DNA of 64,000 nt from Candidatus Sumerlaeaceae bacterium. Lineage in GTDB: Bacteria > Sumerlaeota > Sumerlaeia > Sumerlaeales > Sumerlaeaceae. A program made the position numbers and the translations under genes. The DNA is taken from the NCBI GenBank assembly GCA_051003195.1, contig JBPCLP010000017.1:32001-96000 (forward strand), written 5' to 3'. The notes beneath the pieces are model-generated. The model did no database searches, had not been told where the DNA came from, and saw only the letters and a list, made by a program, of their open reading frames with translations. Of the stretch, positions 49,914 through 59,334 are shown piece after piece. Each line of letters opens with the position of its first letter. The stretch's first letter is position 1.

Positions 49914-50175
49914 TTACGACTACAAGGAGAATTGAGGGACCGAAAGGGATGAGCAGTGAAGCTTGCTGCGTTCAGCCACAACCAAAGCATAATCAATGTT
50001 TCGCGTCATCTGGATAGGGAGGGACCCTGGTGGAATGAAAAACTGCAGATTTCGCCAGGCACCAACCCTGCCTTACCTGCACAATGTCGCTGCTTTGAGT
50101 GGTCCAGAACGACTAAACCCGCGATATGAATGAGTCTCCCGGAACTCTGTAGTCGTCGCGGGATCAGGAACTCTA

Positions 50176-50457
50176 TTGCCTACTAAAAGAACACAAGCAA
50201 AGGCTGCGTTGACGGGTGGCGGCGATCGCCCCACGAGACAAGCCAAAGAAAAGGGAATCGAACTGGAAGGATCAGTGCTCGAGCCCCTGCCGAACTGTAT
50301 GTTTCGCGTGGAACTTCAGAACGGCCTCAAAATTTTAGCTCATATCTCTGGCAAAATGCGCATGAATTTCATCAAAATTCTGCCTGGAGACAGGGTCATG
50401 GTCGAGTTATCGCCTTACGACCTGAGCCGCGGTCGAATTACGTACCGCTTTAAGTAG
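50176..50457 (+). CDS. infA: Translation initiation factor IF-1; TTG start and N-terminal extension
   Basis: [33 protein letters not shown]. Confidence 0.97.
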   Translation: MPTKRTQAKAALTGGGDRPTRQAKEKGIELEGSVLEPLPNCMFRVELQNGLKILAHISGKMRMNFIKILPGDRVMVELSPYDLSRGRITYRFK

Positions 50458-50498
50458 AACAAAAACAGGGGCTTACGCCCTCATGGATGGATGAAACA

Positions 50499-50612
50499 AT
50501 GAAGGTCAGGGCATCAATCAAGCCAATCTGCAATAAGTGTAAACGCATTAAGCGCAAGGGCGTCCTTCGCATCATTTGCGAAAACCCCAAGCACAAGCAG
50601 CGGCAGGGCTAG
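50499..50612 (+). CDS. rpmJ: 50S ribosomal protein L36, zinc-binding form
   Basis: Manual translation [37 protein letters not shown]; below the ORF-track length cutoff. Confidence 0.97.
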   Translation: MKVRASIKPICNKCKRIKRKGVLRIICENPKHKQRQG

Positions 50613-50772
50613 TTTCGACATTTAGATTTCAGAACTAAAAAATCAAAGTGGATTTTTAGCTGAATTTTGAACGTGGGCAGGCCTAAAACGAGTGGTTTGC
50701 CCAGCTGCAGCTTGCAAATTTGGGCAGTTAACATCAGAAGTTTGAATTTCGATTTCTTAATTACGGGATAAT

Positions 50773-51150
50773 ATGGCACGCATTGCAGGAATAGATCTGC
50801 CGCGCGAAAAGCGCATCGAAGTGGGACTGACGTATATCTACGGCATTGGCCCAACCACATCCAAGCGTTTGCTTGAGCGCGCTGGTATCAGCGCCAGCAA
50901 GCGCGTGCGCGAGCTCGACGAACAGGAAGTTGGCCGCCTTAATAGCCTGATTCAGAACGCGGTAAAGGTTGAGGGTGATCTGCGCCGTGAGGTTAACCAG
51001 AACATCAAGCGCCTCATGGACATCGGCTGCTACCGGGGTCTGCGTCACCGCCGGGGCCTTCCCGCACGTGGCCAGCGCACCCGCACCAACGCCCGTACCC
51101 GCAAAGGTCCCCGTAAGACTGTCGGCATTAAGAAGAAGGAAACGAAGTAA
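50773..51150 (+). CDS. rpsM: 30S ribosomal protein S13
   Basis: [24 protein letters not shown]. Confidence 0.99.
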   Translation: MARIAGIDLPREKRIEVGLTYIYGIGPTTSKRLLERAGISASKRVRELDEQEVGRLNSLIQNAVKVEGDLRREVNQNIKRLMDIGCYRGLRHRRGLPARGQRTRTNARTRKGPRKTVGIKKKETK

Positions 51151-51155
51151 TCACC

Positions 51156-51572
51156 ATGGCTGAGAAAAAGGCAAAAGGCGGCGCAGCAGCAGCCGCTACC
51201 AAAGTTAAGAAGAAGTCCCGCAAGAACGTCTCCACCGGAGTCGTGCATGTGCTGGCGAGCTTTAACAACACCATCGTAAACATCAGCGACCCACAGGGCA
51301 ACACCATTGCATGGGCGTCCAGCGGCACATCCGGCTTTAAGGGTTCCCGCAAGAGCACGCCATTTGCAGCCCAGCTCGCAGCTGAGAATTGCGCCAAGAA
51401 AGCCATGGAACATGGGCTGAAGCACGTGGAAATCCACGTGAAGGGCCCTGGCAGCGGCCGCGAGGCAGCCATTCGTTCTTTGCAGGCTGTGGGCCTTGAA
51501 ATTTCAATCATCAAAGATGTGACGCCGATCCCTCATAACGGTTGTCGGCCTCCGAAGCGTCGTCGCGTCTGA
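51156..51572 (+). CDS. rpsK: 30S ribosomal protein S11
   Basis: [25 protein letters not shown]. Confidence 0.99.
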   Translation: MAEKKAKGGAAAAATKVKKKSRKNVSTGVVHVLASFNNTIVNISDPQGNTIAWASSGTSGFKGSRKSTPFAAQLAAENCAKKAMEHGLKHVEIHVKGPGSGREAAIRSLQAVGLEISIIKDVTPIPHNGCRPPKRRRV

Positions 51573-51613
51573 CGCAGCCGATCCCGGCATCGTTTAGATC
51601 GTACTGACGTAGT

Positions 51614-51865
51614 ATGCAGGAAAGTGGTTTGCTGGTTATACTCATGGCCGTAGCTGTCGGTGCAGCGTTGTGGTTCCGCCGCCGTCCGATGAGTACGCGC
51701 CAGCGGGCCGTGGTCGTTTCACTGGCCATCGGATTGCTCGCGTTCGACTTTCTCGGACGTGGCCAGGCTGACTGGGGTAAGGTGGCACTAGTGGTAGCAG
51801 GAAGCGCTGTGCTGGTCATGGCTGCGGTGTATTTAACGCGGTCGCAGCACGGACCACGCGAGTAA
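51614..51865 (+). CDS. Small 3-TM membrane protein inserted in the alpha operon
   Basis: 83 aa with three hydrophobic helices and an Arg-rich first loop (WFRRRPMSTRQR); weak SD. Confidence 0.6.
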   Translation: MQESGLLVILMAVAVGAALWFRRRPMSTRQRAVVVSLAIGLLAFDFLGRGQADWGKVALVVAGSAVLVMAAVYLTRSQHGPRE

Positions 51866-52053
51866 GGCAGTACAGTTTGAATTCGGCATTTTGAATTTCG
51901 AAGGACAGATTTTCGGGACGAAGGTGCTCCCTTGGAAAAAGAACGGCCCGTTTGGGTCGTCGCACCGTAAACCGAAACGGTCACGCGCAAGCGCTGACCA
52001 GAACCCCGTGGTAATGACCACGGGGCAGACAGGATAAGGAGAGACAGAACGAA

Positions 52054-52680
52054 GTGGCTCGTTATACAGACGCCAAGTGCCGGCTGTGCCGACGCGAAGG
52101 CGAAAAACTATTTCTAAAGGGTACGCGCTGCATGACCGCCAAGTGCGCGATTGAGCGGCAGAACTACCCCCCTGGGCAGCATGGCCAGAACCGACAAAAA
52201 CTATCCACCTATGGCCAGCAGTTGCGCGAAAAGCAGAAGGCCAAGCGCATTTATGGAATCCTGGAGCGACAGTTCCGTCGTTATTTCTCCATGGCGGACA
52301 AGTACCGCGGCGTCACCGGCACGGTGCTGCTGCAATTGCTCGAGCGACGCCTGGACAACCTGATCTATCGTCTTGGAATCGGATCCTCGCGCGCACAGGC
52401 CCGGCAACTGGTACGACACGGTCACGTGTATGTAGATGGCCGCCGCGTGAGCATTCCGTCCTACCTTGTGAAGGCCGGGCAGCAGATCTCGCTGCCTGAA
52501 GCATCTCGAAACAGGACTGTCATTATAGGGAACCTCGAAGAAGGCAGCGGGCGCCCGCGCCTGCCCTGGCTCGAGTGGAACCCTGAGACTTTCACCGGAC
52601 GCGTTCTTAGCATTCCGTCTCGCGAAGATATTCCGGTAACCGTCAATGAGCAGCTCATCGTCGAGTTGTACTCCAAGTAA
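52054..52680 (+). CDS. rpsD: 30S ribosomal protein S4 (Cys-containing type)
   Basis: [31 protein letters not shown]. Confidence 0.99.
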   Translation: MARYTDAKCRLCRREGEKLFLKGTRCMTAKCAIERQNYPPGQHGQNRQKLSTYGQQLREKQKAKRIYGILERQFRRYFSMADKYRGVTGTVLLQLLERRLDNLIYRLGIGSSRAQARQLVRHGHVYVDGRRVSIPSYLVKAGQQISLPEASRNRTVIIGNLEEGSGRPRLPWLEWNPETFTGRVLSIPSREDIPVTVNEQLIVELYSK

Positions 52681-52769
52681 TCCCAAACTGATCGAATCTG
52701 TACCGCGACCGTTAGGGAGCGTCCAGAAACTGATCAGGGCCACTCACCAGGAAGAGAGAGAGAAACTGA

Positions 52770-53795
52770 ATGGACTTTAAGCCACTAAAAATGCCCCGCG
52801 AACTTGTCGCGGAAAAAGACAGCCTGACCGAGTCGTACGGCCGTTTTGTTGCTGAGCCGTTTGAACGCGGCTTCGGCACCACGATCGGCAACTCGCTGCG
52901 CCGCATCCTGCTCAGCAGCATCCAGGGTGCCGCCATTACGCAGATCCGAATCGAAGGAAAAAACCACGAGTTCGACACCGTCGAAGGCGTGAAGGAAGAC
53001 ATCCTCGACATCATCCTGAACCTGAAGAGCCTGAACATCCGGCTGCACGGCAACAAGGGCGAGACGACGATCTTCCTCGACGTCACAGGCGGCCGTGAAG
53101 TGAAGGCCAGCGATTTCGAGCTGAACAGCAATATCGAGATACTGAATCCCGAGCAGCACATCGCAACGCTCTCCGACAAGGCTGAGCTGCGTATGGAGTG
53201 CGTGGTCCAGATGGGCCGCGGCTACGTCAGCGCTGCACAGATGAAGGAGCAGGGCGATGGCACGACCGATAACTTCGGCACCATCTTCCTCGACGCCGTC
53301 TTCTCACCGATCACCAACGTTCGCTACACCGTGGAAGCCGCACGCGTGCAGCAGCGCACCGACTACGACCGCCTCATCCTTGAAGTGAACACCGATGGAA
53401 CCGTGACACCGGAGGACGCCGTAAGTTATGCGGCCAAGGTGCTGCGCGACCATCTGAACCTGTTCATCTCGATGAAGGACCAGGCTGCAGAGCTCGCCGC
53501 TCTTGAAGAAGAGCAGCAGGCAATGTCCGCCACGTCGGCTCTCGAAGAGAAGCTCGACAAATCCATCGAAGAGCTGGAGCTCAGCGTTCGCAGTTTCAAC
53601 TGTCTTGAGGCCGCCGGCATCAAGACCATCCGTGACCTCGTTCAGAAGACCGAGAGCGAAATGCTCAAGTATCGGAACTTCGGCCGTAAGTCGCTCACCG
53701 AGATTAAGAACATCCTCAAGGACATGACTCTGCGCTTCGGCATGGAGATCGACAAGGAAACCGGTCTGCCCGTGGCCGCCGGTTCGGAGAAGTAG
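52770..53795 (+). CDS. rpoA: RNA polymerase alpha subunit
   Basis: EPFERGFGTTIGNSLRRILLSS, LSVRSFNCL, RNFGRKSL. Confidence 0.99.
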   Translation: MDFKPLKMPRELVAEKDSLTESYGRFVAEPFERGFGTTIGNSLRRILLSSIQGAAITQIRIEGKNHEFDTVEGVKEDILDIILNLKSLNIRLHGNKGETTIFLDVTGGREVKASDFELNSNIEILNPEQHIATLSDKAELRMECVVQMGRGYVSAAQMKEQGDGTTDNFGTIFLDAVFSPITNVRYTVEAARVQQRTDYDRLILEVNTDGTVTPEDAVSYAAKVLRDHLNLFISMKDQAAELAALEEEQQAMSATSALEEKLDKSIEELELSVRSFNCLEAAGIKTIRDLVQKTESEMLKYRNFGRKSLTEIKNILKDMTLRFGMEIDKETGLPVAAGSEK

Positions 53796-53804
53796 GAGAC
53801 CGAA

Positions 53805-54281
53805 ATGCGTCACCGTAGACATAGTTCCAAACTCAACCGCACCGTCGAGCATCGCACTGCATTGATGCGCAACCTCGCGATTGCACTCATCGACAATGGG
53901 ATCATCAAGACTACCGAGCCGAAGGCAAAGCAGCTTCGCCAGTACATCGAGCGGATCATCACGATCGCGAAGGATGGTCTGGCGGCAAATGACGACGCAG
54001 GCATTGGACTGGCCAAGCGCCGCCTGGCCTTCTCGTACCTGAACAATAAGGAAGCTGTGAAGAAGCTGTTCGCCGAGGTTGCTCCGGCATCCGCCCAGCG
54101 TGCTGGCGGTTACACGCGCGTGGTCAAAGCCGGCCCCCGTGCCGGCGACGGTGCCCCAATGGCCTACATCGAGTTCGTCGACCGCGAGGTCGCCGCCTCC
54201 GAAGCCCCTGCCGCGGAGGAAAAGGCTAAGAAGCCCCGCCGCCGCACCAAAAAACCCGCGGGAGAAACCGCCGCAGCGTAA
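53805..54281 (+). CDS. rplQ: 50S ribosomal protein L17
   Basis: MRHR, GGYTRVVK, RAGDGAPMAYIEFV. Confidence 0.98.
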   Translation: MRHRRHSSKLNRTVEHRTALMRNLAIALIDNGIIKTTEPKAKQLRQYIERIITIAKDGLAANDDAGIGLAKRRLAFSYLNNKEAVKKLFAEVAPASAQRAGGYTRVVKAGPRAGDGAPMAYIEFVDREVAASEAPAAEEKAKKPRRRTKKPAGETAAA

Positions 54282-54323
54282 AGACAAACACTAGTTCCGG
54301 AGCAGCAATGCCCCGGGTGCCAA

Positions 54324-54363
54324 CAAGGCCGCAGCCGAGCAATCGCCTGCGGCCTTGCTATTT
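54324..54363 (+). terminator. Alpha-operon terminator
   Basis: CAAGGCCGCAG...GCAA loop...CTGCGGCCTTG followed by CTATTT. Confidence 0.7.
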
Positions 54364-54366
54364 GAA
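54338..54366 (+). repeat. 29-bp direct repeat, left copy
   Basis: AGCAATCGCCTGCGGCCTTGCTATTTGAA, identical at 55336-55364. Confidence 0.9.
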
Positions 54367-54462
54367 AGTGTTTTGCTTGATTATGTAAGCGCAGCAACGG
54401 CACTCCGATACGCAATGGCGCCAAATGAGAATCATGGGAAGAATGCGAATCCTGGGAACTAT

Positions 54463-55143
54463 ATGAGTTCTAAGAACAGTTTTTCAATTCCTCCTGATTC
54501 CCAGGCTTCCCCTGACTCCCGGAATTGTCATGCTTCTCATAATTCCCATTCTTCCCATCCACCCAAGCCGCATAACCCCGACCTGCCCGAGCGCCTCCTC
54601 CCGCCCCGCGGAGACTACCAAACACTCCTGTCCTATCAAAAAGCCGAAGTAATTTACGACATCACCTTCCGGTTCGCTCACGCGAATCTTCCGAAGGGAG
54701 ACCGCACCATCGACCAAATGATCCAGGCTGCGCGCTCCTGTAAGCAGAACATACTCGAGGGCAGCAAAGCGGGCTTGGCGTCGAAAGAAACCGAGATCAA
54801 ACTTACCAGCGTAGCACGAGCCAGCCTGGAGGAACTCCTCGCCGACTATCGAGACTACCTTCGTGTTCGCGACCTCAAGCTTTGGGAGAAAGAATCAAAG
54901 GAAGCGCACTTTGTTCGGCAACTCGGGCGCGAAACTCCTCAGAGCTTCGAGCTGTACCGCCAATTCGTCGAAACTCGTCCCCCCTACATTGTCGCCAACA
55001 TCGCGATTTGCCTCATCCACCAGACCAACTACCTGATCGACCACCAACTTCAGCGACTGGAAAACGACTTCGCGAAGAACGGCGGCCTACGCGAAAGAAT
55101 GACCCGCGTCCGTCTCGCTCACCGAGACAAACCAGCCAAGTGA
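54463..55143 (+). CDS. Four-helix-bundle protein (23S rRNA IVP / TIGR02436-like) with suffix domain; start could be 54415
   Basis: YQTLLSYQKA, DRTIDQMIQAARSCKQNILEG, VARASLEELLADYRDYL, GGLRERMTRVR. Confidence 0.88.
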   Translation: MSSKNSFSIPPDSQASPDSRNCHASHNSHSSHPPKPHNPDLPERLLPPRGDYQTLLSYQKAEVIYDITFRFAHANLPKGDRTIDQMIQAARSCKQNILEGSKAGLASKETEIKLTSVARASLEELLADYRDYLRVRDLKLWEKESKEAHFVRQLGRETPQSFELYRQFVETRPPYIVANIAICLIHQTNYLIDHQLQRLENDFAKNGGLRERMTRVRLAHRDKPAK

Positions 55144-55335
55144 CGACATAACTACCAGGCGCAACCGGTTGAACACCGCGAGTCGGTTCTTAATTGCCAA
55201 ACTTTTTCATTATTCCCACGCTTCCCATTATTCCCATGCTTCTCGGGCTCACAAGTTGGTAAAGGAAGTCACAACAATGACGGTCCCTTGCCGTAAAACA
55301 CCGCGACGACTCCCGCACGATCTGAGGCTCGCACC

Positions 55336-55364
55336 AGCAATCGCCTGCGGCCTTGCTATTTGAA
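55336..55364 (+). repeat. 29-bp direct repeat, right copy
   Basis: Identical to 54338-54366. Confidence 0.9.
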
Positions 55365-55406
55365 TCTATATATAGTCTTGTTTATATACTGCTGCGAGAA
55401 TCGTTC

Positions 55407-55652
55407 ATGAGCCTTATGATACCAGACGAAGTGCTCGAAGCCGCTCACATGACCCCGGAGGAGATGCGCTGTGAAATCGCCGTCATGCTCTTCAGTGGCG
55501 AAAAGCTCACGCTTGCCCAGGCCGCGCGACTCGCAGGCTTGGACCGGTTATCCTTTCAGCAAATACTCGCCAGCCGCAATATCACGCTGCATTATGGAGC
55601 AGAAGAATTTCACGAGGACCTTCAGGCGCTGCGTGACCTGACGCACGGGTGA
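55407..55652 (+). CDS. UPF0175 family antitoxin
   Basis: EIAVMLFSGEKLTLAQAARLAGLDRLSFQQIL...Y..EEF.EDL. Confidence 0.85.
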   Translation: MSLMIPDEVLEAAHMTPEEMRCEIAVMLFSGEKLTLAQAARLAGLDRLSFQQILASRNITLHYGAEEFHEDLQALRDLTHG

Positions 55653-56143
55653 GGGTCGTTTGCAATACATCGCCGCTGACGAACCTCGCCAAAATTCAGC
55701 GGCTCGACATTCTCGAAAGCCTATATGGGCGTGTTTTTATTCCCACCGCGGTGGCGAATGAGCTAAGTGCGCTGCCGCAGCAGGCTGCACTACTCGCTGC
55801 ATCGCCCTGGATTGAAATCCTACCTGCTACTGATCTCAAGCGACTCGCCGAGCTATTGCAAGGTCTTGATCCAGGAGAAGCGGAAGCGATTGCGCTGGCA
55901 GCCCAGGTTCAAGCTGATCTTATCATTCTTGATGAGCGGGCAGCGCGTTTGGCAGCACACCAGTTGCAGTTGCGTACCATGGGTCTTTGTGGCGTGCTCA
56001 TTGCCGCGAAAAATGCTTTAATCATCCCGACAGTATGGCCAGTGCTATACGAGCTGCGAGTAAACGCAAAGTTTTGGTTAAGCGATGACGTTGTGAAGCT
56101 GGTGTTGGAAGCCACAGGTGAGCACGAAGAAAAGCCGGAATAA
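55649..56143 (+). CDS. DUF3368-type PIN-domain toxin
   Basis: VVCNTSPL, IPTAVANEL, LDPGEAEAIALA, ILDERAAR; GTGA overlap. Confidence 0.87.
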   Translation: MRVVCNTSPLTNLAKIQRLDILESLYGRVFIPTAVANELSALPQQAALLAASPWIEILPATDLKRLAELLQGLDPGEAEAIALAAQVQADLIILDERAARLAAHQLQLRTMGLCGVLIAAKNALIIPTVWPVLYELRVNAKFWLSDDVVKLVLEATGEHEEKPE

Positions 56144-56379
56144 TGGCGTTCGACAAGTATGTTAAGATTGTCGAGTGGTCCGACCAGGACCACTGCTACA
56201 TCGGTAGCTGCCCGGAACTTTTCTATGGCGGGTGTCATGGGGAAGATCCCAAAGAGGTTTTTGCGCAATTGTGCGATATCGTCGCCGAAACGATGGCGGT
56301 ATATCAGCAGGAAGGCAGGCAACTCCCTGTGCCCATGACAGGTAAAGATTTCGTAAACGCCATGCAGCGGGTAGCGTAG
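56143..56379 (+). CDS. HicB-like antitoxin domain protein with no adjacent hicA
   Basis: VEWSDQDHCYIGSCPEL..GCHGED.KEV...EGRQLP. Confidence 0.7.
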   Translation: MAFDKYVKIVEWSDQDHCYIGSCPELFYGGCHGEDPKEVFAQLCDIVAETMAVYQQEGRQLPVPMTGKDFVNAMQRVA

Positions 56380-56489
56380 CTGAGGTTTAGCAGGGCGTTG
56401 TAGTTCGGCAACCTCGCAGCCGAGTACGCTGCCTCGTGCTTCCCATTTGACCAGAGAAGCCGAAGCGGCTCTCTCAGATCAACGATTCG

Positions 56490-56996
56490 ATGAAACTGCT
56501 GCGACGCATCTGCGACTTTTTACAGGTCCAATCAGACATGTCGGGACTCGAATTCAAGTCCACATCCCGCTGGCGCGTGAGCGGCGAGTACAACCCCGCC
56601 GTATTAATCCGTGCTTTAAAGCTGATCGTGCCGCCACAAAGCTCATCGATTTTGCACCTGGAGGGAGTTGGCTCGAGCCCGGAACTACTCCGCTGGATTG
56701 AACAACATGAAGTGCCGAACGCGCCTCGCGTCAGACCGGGCACACTATGGCCCAAGGCGACACAGCATGCAATCCATTTAACTGATTCGGTGTCCGACTG
56801 GGCTGCGCAATTCCTGGAAACACACGCTGCGCCGGAATTCTGCATTCATCTGCACCTGTCCAGTGACGGCGAGTTGCTGATGACCGGTTATGATTTCGGG
56901 GCAAGTACCCTGGAGCTGAACACCAGCATTCCCGAATCACAGGTCGCCGCTTTTGCCGCCACAATCGGCTGCAGCTACTGTAAGGAAGAACATTGA
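56490..56996 (+). CDS. Hypothetical protein
   Basis: 168-aa ORF filling the gap; LHLEG, GTLWP and HAAPEFCIHLH motifs. Confidence 0.6.
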   Translation: MKLLRRICDFLQVQSDMSGLEFKSTSRWRVSGEYNPAVLIRALKLIVPPQSSSILHLEGVGSSPELLRWIEQHEVPNAPRVRPGTLWPKATQHAIHLTDSVSDWAAQFLETHAAPEFCIHLHLSSDGELLMTGYDFGASTLELNTSIPESQVAAFAATIGCSYCKEEH

Positions 56997-57022
56997 GGTC
57001 GCAGGTGAGCATCAGCAGATAA

Positions 57023-58375
57023 ATGAGTTTATTGCCCAAGTGCAGCTACTGGCGCAAGGCCACGGAGACTCGAGGAGCTGAATTGGCAGAGCCACTGAAC
57101 ACGTCCGTTCGCGCCGAAATCAGCTTTACGCGCGTTCTCGTAACTGTGCTGGCCGTTTGCGTCCCGATCGTGCTCGCGTCGTATGCGTCCTACTATCAGC
57201 TTTGGGATAAGCTGACACGCGGTGGGCTGTTCCTCTTCTTCCTGTTGCCACTCGCCATCACTGCACTGGCCGCGCTGACGAGCGTTCTGCTTCCGATTGG
57301 AATTTGGTATAGCCGCGACAAGTCGTACCCGCGCCGACTTCGGATCGTTTCCAACTGGGCGCTGCCACTTGCGCAACTCGGCCTGGGCTTCGCCGGCCTG
57401 CTCGCTGCATTTGGTCTATTCCTCCCCAAATTCATCGATATCTGGCGTCAAATAGCAAGCCAGTCTGGCTTCTTTAGCATAGAAAGTCTTCCAGTAGCTG
57501 CGTGGTTCCTGATGGCCCTGCTCCTGCCGGCAGGATCCCTACGCCTGGTATGGACGGGATTACTGCAAGCACGCCACCTGTGGCCTGCGATCGAAGCGCC
57601 GCAGGAAGACCCCCTTCGCCTCGCCGTTCAGAATCTCCGCAGAATCGGCAGCGTCGCGCTGGCGATCACATTACCAGTTGCTCTGCTCTATCTCTGTTCT
57701 GCAGTCGCCAGGATCACCGCCTTCTGGTCCATCCACCTGCTGTTTCCATCTCTCATGCCGCAAGATGGCTTCCTGATATCTAATTTCTCCGCTCCGCTCC
57801 TGGCTCTCGCCCTTCTCTTCAGTCCCATCTACCACTTCGCAACTGCACTCGGCTGGAGGAATTCGGCCGACACTGTCGGCGCCGTACCGTTCCGCCTGAC
57901 GAAAGCCGGCATCATTACAACCGCCGCACTCGCGCTGGTCGCGCTAGGCGGCATGATAATGCACAACTGGATCGTGCGCGAGAAACTCATTACCGGCGAG
58001 TGGCGCCTGCCCGCCCCTGCCCGGCCGCAAGGTGAGCCCTACCGCATGTATGAAATCGAGCACCCCGCCAACGCCCACCCGCGCTTAAAGTGGACTCCGC
58101 CCACACCCGATGGCCGCATCCTCATGACGGAGACAACCCGAGGCGGCCTGCGCCTGTGGGCAGTCGATATCCAAACCAGCCACGCCCGCCTGCTGACAAG
58201 CGGCAGCGGCGGAATTATCCACCCAATCATCGAAGGCGATACCACCCCCGCCGTCCGCGAAGAATCCAATCTGTGGCTAACTTATGCACACGTCACCCTC
58301 GCTCTTTTCCCGCGCTATCCCGATCTCCCCCCGCGTCGCATCGACACAGTCACCGGGCGAGCAGTCCGGTACTGA
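57023..58375 (+). CDS. Hypothetical membrane protein with C-terminal beta-rich region; start uncertain
   Basis: About 7 TM segments followed by a TPDGRILM beta-propeller-like fragment. Confidence 0.6.
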   Translation: MSLLPKCSYWRKATETRGAELAEPLNTSVRAEISFTRVLVTVLAVCVPIVLASYASYYQLWDKLTRGGLFLFFLLPLAITALAALTSVLLPIGIWYSRDKSYPRRLRIVSNWALPLAQLGLGFAGLLAAFGLFLPKFIDIWRQIASQSGFFSIESLPVAAWFLMALLLPAGSLRLVWTGLLQARHLWPAIEAPQEDPLRLAVQNLRRIGSVALAITLPVALLYLCSAVARITAFWSIHLLFPSLMPQDGFLISNFSAPLLALALLFSPIYHFATALGWRNSADTVGAVPFRLTKAGIITTAALALVALGGMIMHNWIVREKLITGEWRLPAPARPQGEPYRMYEIEHPANAHPRLKWTPPTPDGRILMTETTRGGLRLWAVDIQTSHARLLTSGSGGIIHPIIEGDTTPAVREESNLWLTYAHVTLALFPRYPDLPPRRIDTVTGRAVRY

Positions 58376-58560
58376 GATGTTCTCCATTCCGCAGCATCAT
58401 TACGGAACCACATACAGTGGAATATCGTTGTCGTTTTCGTTGGGTGATCGTAGGCACTATCGGCCGAGCCACTATACTGGAATCGAGGCTTTGTATGGAC
58501 TAAGGCGCACGGTCTAAGGTAATCGCCTAACTACAGCATGACAATCCGACAGGTAGTAAC

Positions 58561-58968
58561 TTATGAGAACGGATTGAGTACTTTGACTCCAGATGTTTTG
58601 AAATCCTCCATGTTCCGCGTGACCATGGTCAGTCCGTGCTGCAGGGCGGATGCCGCGATCAAACTATCCTTTAGAGGCATCGATGTTCCCTTGTGCCGCA
58701 GCCGAACCACTAACGCGGCCCAAAGCAGCCCGGTTTGCGCGTCCATGGCCAGACACGCAATGGAAGCCACGCCACGACCGAACCACTGTTCGAGATCTCG
58801 ACGTTTGCGACCGGCTGGCAGCATACTAATTCCCGTGCGAATTTCGCCGAGCACAATCGGGTTAACTGTCAGTTCCTGTTCATGTGCACGCAGCCACTGT
58901 ATGACACCTGTGTTTGGGAGCGGCTTCATTGCCTCACTTAACACGTTGGTGTCGACCAGGTATTTCAC
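58561..58968 (-). CDS. VapC/FitB-type PIN toxin
   Basis: YLVDTNVLSE, GEIRTGI, DSLIAASAL, VTRN..DF. Confidence 0.92.
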   Translation of the reverse strand: MKYLVDTNVLSEAMKPLPNTGVIQWLRAHEQELTVNPIVLGEIRTGISMLPAGRKRRDLEQWFGRGVASIACLAMDAQTGLLWAALVVRLRHKGTSMPLKDSLIAASALQHGLTMVTRNMEDFKTSGVKVLNPFS

Positions 58969-59210
58969 AGATCAACGGCGATGTGATCGGTCGTATCTGG
59001 GAACTTCATCGGCTCCAGGCATCCTTTATGTGGGCAGCTGAGTAGCCAATCGACCAGCCCGGCGTTGCATGGCGGGGCTTTTCTTTTCAATAGGTATTCG
59101 CCCGCGTCGAGCCGGCGGACTTCGAACTGCTCACCAGGTTTTATCCTGTCCTCCTGGCGCAACTCGGACGGCAATACGATTTGTCCTTTGGTGGAGACAG
59201 TAGTGATCAT
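58965..59210 (-). CDS. AbrB/MazE/SpoVT family antitoxin
   Basis: MITTVSTKGQIVLPSELR; overlaps the toxin start. Confidence 0.88.
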   Translation of the reverse strand: MITTVSTKGQIVLPSELRQEDRIKPGEQFEVRRLDAGEYLLKRKAPPCNAGLVDWLLSCPHKGCLEPMKFPDTTDHIAVDL

Positions 59211-59334
59211 GTCGTAAGATAGTGTCTTACTGGGAACGCTATTCAAAGCGAAGCTGCTTCTTCTCCTGATAGCCAGTATATTTTGATCGTCGCCGTTTTA
59301 GACGGGCGATAGCCTCGGCGCTATTCCAAATCGA

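Noticed and set aside
50105..50160. Group I intron P7-like GACTA/TAGTC pair
   Set aside because: Too short, no P4-P6 or J8/7 consensus, and it interrupts no gene
22427..50175. Prophage or ICE as the cause of the superoperon split
   Set aside because: Contains core genes (recF, murD, purH); no integrase, phage genes or boundary repeats seen
54355..54462. TTG-started extensions MLFES... at 54355 and 55353
   Set aside because: Both arise from the 29-bp repeat / terminator sequence, not from true starts
54463..55143. Diversity-generating retroelement (Avd-like gene)
   Set aside because: No reverse transcriptase and no TR/VR pair with adenine-specific mismatches in the window
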